Shown: positions 17,378 to 20,663 of the stretch, in pieces
Layout: each line of letters opens with the position of its first letter
Numbering within the stretch: the first letter of the stretch is position 1
Made by a program: the position numbers and the translations under genes
Assembly: GCA_018260615.1 (NCBI GenBank)
Contig: JAGWDQ010000135.1
Span: 1-20,663 of the forward strand
Direction of reading: 5' to 3'
Length of the DNA stretch: 20,663 nucleotides
Source of the DNA: Candidatus Altarchaeum sp.
GTDB lineage: Archaea; Altiarchaeota; Altiarchaeia; Altiarchaeales; Altiarchaeaceae
The notes under the pieces: generated by a model
Database searches by the model: none
What the model was told of the DNA's origin: nothing
What the model saw: only the letters and a program-made list of their open reading frames with translations

Positions 17378-17578
17378 TCACACCCCCACACGCAAATTTC
17401 TGGCTAACTGGTAACTTCTTACATAATCCTTTTGAATTCTTTCACTATATTCATCCCACTCTTTTATTACCTCGGGATTATCTAATGCCTTATTTATATC
17501 TTCTCCTGTTAGGCGCTTAAACTTTTCCATTACATAAGTTTCTGCCCCGGCTGTGTTTTGTATTTTTTTCTTAGCCAT
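17378..17578 (-). CDS. small hypothetical protein (66 aa)
   Basis: ATG in AAAA context, long AT-rich upstream region, charged helical composition. No family recognised. Confidence 0.6.
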   Translation of the reverse strand: MAKKKIQNTAGAETYVMEKFKRLTGEDINKALDNPEVIKEWDEYSERIQKDYVRSYQLARNLRVGV

Positions 17579-17844
17579 TTTGCTTATTTTTCTATTTTGT
17601 TTATTTATTTAAATTTATTAAATTAATATTTAAATTTATTAAATTAATATTTTAAATTATAGTCAAAATATCAACTTTTGATGCTTTAATTTAATGCGCA
17701 CGAGTTCGGTATTAGTATCAAAGGTTAGCATTTTCACTATAATACTATTTTTTTACGACCCACAAAAACTGGTAGTGTCCACAAGTTATTAACAATGTCT
17801 TGATTCCGTCAAGACACCATTAAATAATTATCCTGATAAGGCCA

Positions 17845-18049
17845 TTTTAAAATCACGAGATTTTAAAATATCCGGGCATCAGCGAGGTTATTTCAAAAAC
17901 GCAGAGTTTTTGAAATCTCAGAATGATAATGAAGTTATTTCAAAATTTATTTTGAAATCTCCGAATGAAATCCGCTCACTCTCGTTCGCGGATTTTTCAA
18001 ACTTCACCTCACTTTGTTCGGAGATTTTCAAATCTCTGTGATTTGAAAA
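17845..18049. repeat. cluster of REP-like hairpins in mixed orientation
   Basis: Stems at 17845-17868, 17891-17915 and 18025-18049. Minus-strand AATCCGC-GA-AC-GAGA-GT-GA-GCGGATT (17969-17994) and CC-GA-AC-AAA-GT-GA-GG (18007-18021). Confidence 0.85.
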
Positions 18050-18172
18050 TCGTTTGAAAAATGAGATGAAATTAAAAATTATCATTTTAAAAATCTAAAT
18101 TTATTGTTCGTGGGATAATCCCATCAGAATTTAATTAACGAGTTGGGGACACAACCCAAAAACTATAAAATA

Positions 18173-18265
18173 AAAAAAATTAATTTGGCAAAAGATGAGT
18201 TTCATGAAGAATGGAAATATAAAATTGTTCCAAATTGATTAAGTTATTTCGCTACAGTTCCTAAG
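18173..18265 (+). mobile_element. remnant of an ISAzo13-like transposase C-terminus and probable right end
   Basis: KKINLAKDEFHEEWKYKIVPN* (stop 18236-18238) resembles, from recall, the D.FHGEWNY.I.P C-terminal motif of ISAzo13-family transposases. The right boundary is approximate. Confidence 0.6.
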
Positions 18266-18494
18266 TCAGCGTATTTACCAAGCTTCTTCCGAATTTTATT
18301 ACAAACAAGAGGTTCAAAATATTCATCCAGGTTCTTAATAGTTTTGTAAGGCATTTTGTAGTTATTTTAGCAATTGTTTCTTTAACGTTTCTTTTAGGTT
18401 TTGATGTATTTGCTCAATATTTAGTAGTAATTCCATCTTGTTTTAAAAACTTGTAAGGTCAATTACCACGCGTTATTGAGCATATTCGTTTTGA

Positions 18495-19004
18495 TTAAAA
18501 TTTATCCTTCAAAAAATTATACGCACTCTCTGCCGCAATTAAATTTTTCTCCGCCCTTTTTCCGAATTTATCCTTTATTGCATCTTTCATTGATTCCAAA
18601 GAGACCTCTTTTGTCGCACAAAAAGCACCGAGCATTGAGGTATTAACTATCGGAACTCCCAGTGTTTCTATTGCAATTTTTGTTGCATTCACACTAAACA
18701 GATTTTTCGTGTTGTAGTCCTTTTCGGAATTAACAATAATTTTGCAACCTTCATGCACCTTAACCTGTTCCATCAAACTCGGGTCAAAAATAATTACATA
18801 ATCCGGCTCATAAATTTGTTCCCTGCTTCTTATAAATTGAGCATCAATCTTGCAGAATGCCTGCACGGGAGCACCTCTTCTCTCAACACCAAATGACGGA
18901 AATGCCTGAGCAAATTTGTTGTCCTTAAAGACCGCTTTTGCCAAAAGTTCGCTTGCCGTTACTGCCCCCTGTCCCCCTCTTCCAAAGAACATAACATTTA
19001 TCAT
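18495..19004 (-). CDS. porC: pyruvate/2-oxoacid:ferredoxin oxidoreductase gamma subunit
   Basis: GRGGQGAVTA, AFPSFGVERRGAPV.AF, EPDYVII.D and N..MLGA motifs. Confidence 0.92.
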   Translation of the reverse strand: MINVMFFGRGGQGAVTASELLAKAVFKDNKFAQAFPSFGVERRGAPVQAFCKIDAQFIRSREQIYEPDYVIIFDPSLMEQVKVHEGCKIIVNSEKDYNTKNLFSVNATKIAIETLGVPIVNTSMLGAFCATKEVSLESMKDAIKDKFGKRAEKNLIAAESAYNFLKDKF

Positions 19005-19086
19005 TTTTAAATTTTAAAATTTCAACTACGATTTAATTATTTATTATAAATTATAAATTTAAATTAAAAAACAAATTAAATTTAAC

Positions 19087-19168
19087 AAAATAATTTCGCT
19101 TCGCTCTAATATTTTTTAATAAATTTAAAAATAATTTCGCTTCACTCTCATATTTTAAAATAAATTTA
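19087..19168. repeat. 41-bp tandem duplication (37/41) in the divergent porC / R15Pi-like intergenic region; each unit carries a minus-strand GA-GY-GAA-GC-GA hairpin core
   Basis: Units are 19087-19127 and 19128-19168. Confidence 0.85.
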
Positions 19169-19171
19169 AAA

Positions 19172-20038
19172 ATGCTTCCAAACGAAGTTGCAGAAAAGAT
19201 AAAAAATTTTGAAATTCAGGGTTCGGAAATAAGCAGGTATGCAATTGAGTCATTTAGAAATTTTTGTAAAGGACACAATCTTAAAGACATTGAAAAAGCA
19301 AAGGAAATTTTATGCAGCGCAAAGAAAAGCGATGCAGTGATGCGAAATTGTCTAAATTTTGTAATGGAAAATTTAAAGAATTCAAAATCGGAAAATTTAG
19401 ACAAGATTCTGGACAAGTGTCTTGATGAATTTTTGGACTATAAAAACAAGGCAGAAAAAAAGATATTTAGGATTGATTTTATTCCGCAGGACGCAAAAAT
19501 TTTAACACACTGCTATTCAAAGACCGTTATAGAAATCCTGAAAAATGCGAAAAACAGCGGGAAAAATTTTACTCTTATAAACACGGAAACACGGCCGAAC
19601 CGGACGGGAAGGATGACTTCAAATGAAATTTCAATGAGCGGGATAAAGAACATTCACATAACCGACTCTGCGGTTGCCTGCTTTATGAAGGAGGTAAATT
19701 TTGTTTTAATCGGATGTGATGCAATTGACGAATACGGGATTCTAAATAAAACCGGGACTTTGAACATAGCAATAATAGCAAAATTTTATAATAAGCAGGT
19801 TTATGTGGCCGCTCCAAGTGTGAAATTTTACAAAAATAAATTAAGTGAAATAAAAGAGTTAAGAAAAAAGGAAGAAATATGGGAGGAAAATAAAAATTTA
19901 AATGTAGAGATTGAAAATATTGCGTATGATTTTGTTGCTCAGGAATTAATAAGCAAGGTTATAAGCGAGTTTGGAATTTTGGGTTTTGATGAGACAATTG
20001 AGAAATTTAAGAAAGTAAAATTTTGCAGATGGGTTTAA
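19172..20038 (+). CDS. eIF-2B alpha/beta/delta superfamily protein, ribose-1,5-bisphosphate isomerase-like
   Basis: AEKIKN.EI.G, THCYS, TETRP, GCDAI and NKTG motifs. Confidence 0.85.
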   Translation: MLPNEVAEKIKNFEIQGSEISRYAIESFRNFCKGHNLKDIEKAKEILCSAKKSDAVMRNCLNFVMENLKNSKSENLDKILDKCLDEFLDYKNKAEKKIFRIDFIPQDAKILTHCYSKTVIEILKNAKNSGKNFTLINTETRPNRTGRMTSNEISMSGIKNIHITDSAVACFMKEVNFVLIGCDAIDEYGILNKTGTLNIAIIAKFYNKQVYVAAPSVKFYKNKLSEIKELRKKEEIWEENKNLNVEIENIAYDFVAQELISKVISEFGILGFDETIEKFKKVKFCRWV

Positions 20039-20155
20039 ATTAAAGGGTTCAAATTAAATTTTTGTCTGAAATTAAAATTTATGGTTCTTATTTTTAATAG
20101 CGGGATGTTGCTGTAAAATTTCAAAATATTTGCCCATTATCACGGATTTGTAAAT

Positions 20156-20377
20156 ATGAGCCAAGCTATTAAATATGTAAAAGAGCATGGACAAATAAGT
20201 AATCAAATTTACCGGGAGATAAACAACACAACGAAACGAAGTGCTTCACGAGATTTAACAGGCATTCTGTCTTTGAGTATTTTTAAGAAGACCGGAGTTA
20301 CAGGTAAAGGCACTCTTTATGGCTTAAGGGGACATAAATGGGACAAAGGGGACATAAATGGAACAAAGGGGACATAA
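20156..20377 (+). pseudogene. isolated winged-HTH remnant of the type found at the C-terminus of RecG-C/AlbA_2 or Fic-like proteins
   Basis: AIKYVKEHGQISN..YREI....R.ASRDL..L......K.G..GKGT.Y; the frame runs into the tandem array. No upstream domains. Confidence 0.6.
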
Positions 20378-20510
20378 AGGGGACAAAGGGGACATAAAGG
20401 GGACAAAGGGGACATAAAAGGGACAAAGGGGACATAAAGGGGACAAAGGGGACATAAAAGGGACAAAAGGGACATAAATGGGACATAAATGGGACATAAA
20501 TGGGACAAAA
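20326..20510 (+). repeat. G-tract tandem array: seven 20-bp units (GACATAAANGG+GACAAAGGG) followed by three 11-bp units
   Basis: Read directly. Variation is nearly confined to one position per unit. Confidence 0.95.
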
Positions 20511-20663
20511 ATCCAACATGGAAATATTAAGATACCTAACTCCGCATGTTTATACTAATACTTGCCCCAAATCTACTTGTCCTAAACACTTTATTATTGT
20601 TTTGTATTGGTATTAAATAATTTCACCGATTTTATGGACAGGTATTTATTCTTATACTCATAT

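Noticed and set aside
18240-18480. Degenerate minus-strand gene downstream of porC (e.g. porD)
   Set aside because: Only short frames (up to ~36 aa), with no ferredoxin CxxCxxC motif or recognisable family.
20326-20510. CRISPR array
   Set aside because: Units are contiguous with no unique spacers, and no cas genes are present.
397-20519. Antisense and overlapping ORFs in the track (e.g. 1177-1950, 2984-3538, 6244-6693, 11326-11769, 16802-17032, 16896-17093, 17059-17259, 20298-20519)
   Set aside because: They are shadows of well-supported genes or of repeats, with no independent motifs.

Overview
AT-rich window with archaeal-type genes. Starts sit in A-rich contexts with no Shine-Dalgarno; there is an AbrB-PhoU fusion regulator, an archaeal lipobox and an R15P-isomerase-like gene. 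This is consistent with a low-GC archaeon such as Altiarchaeota (inference only). The left half is an expanded phosphate-uptake locus: three PiT transporters, two DUF47 partners and a PhoU-type regulator. It is interrupted by a ~1.9 kb decayed island (AbrB antitoxin, truncated PIN toxin, MITE-like element, truncated COG1373 ATPase) bounded by 51-bp direct repeats of the pit2 3' end. The centre is a 2413-aa secreted, C-terminally anchored mosaic surface protein with a GC-rich stem-loop in its leader. The right end is a mosaic of a nonsense-interrupted lipoprotein gene, a small ORF, an ISAzo13-like remnant, an orphan porC, an R15P-isomerase/eIF2B-like gene, an HTH remnant and a G-tract tandem array. 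Intergenic regions carry a dispersed family of covarying mini-hairpin repeats. All family assignments are by motif recognition; no database searches were run.
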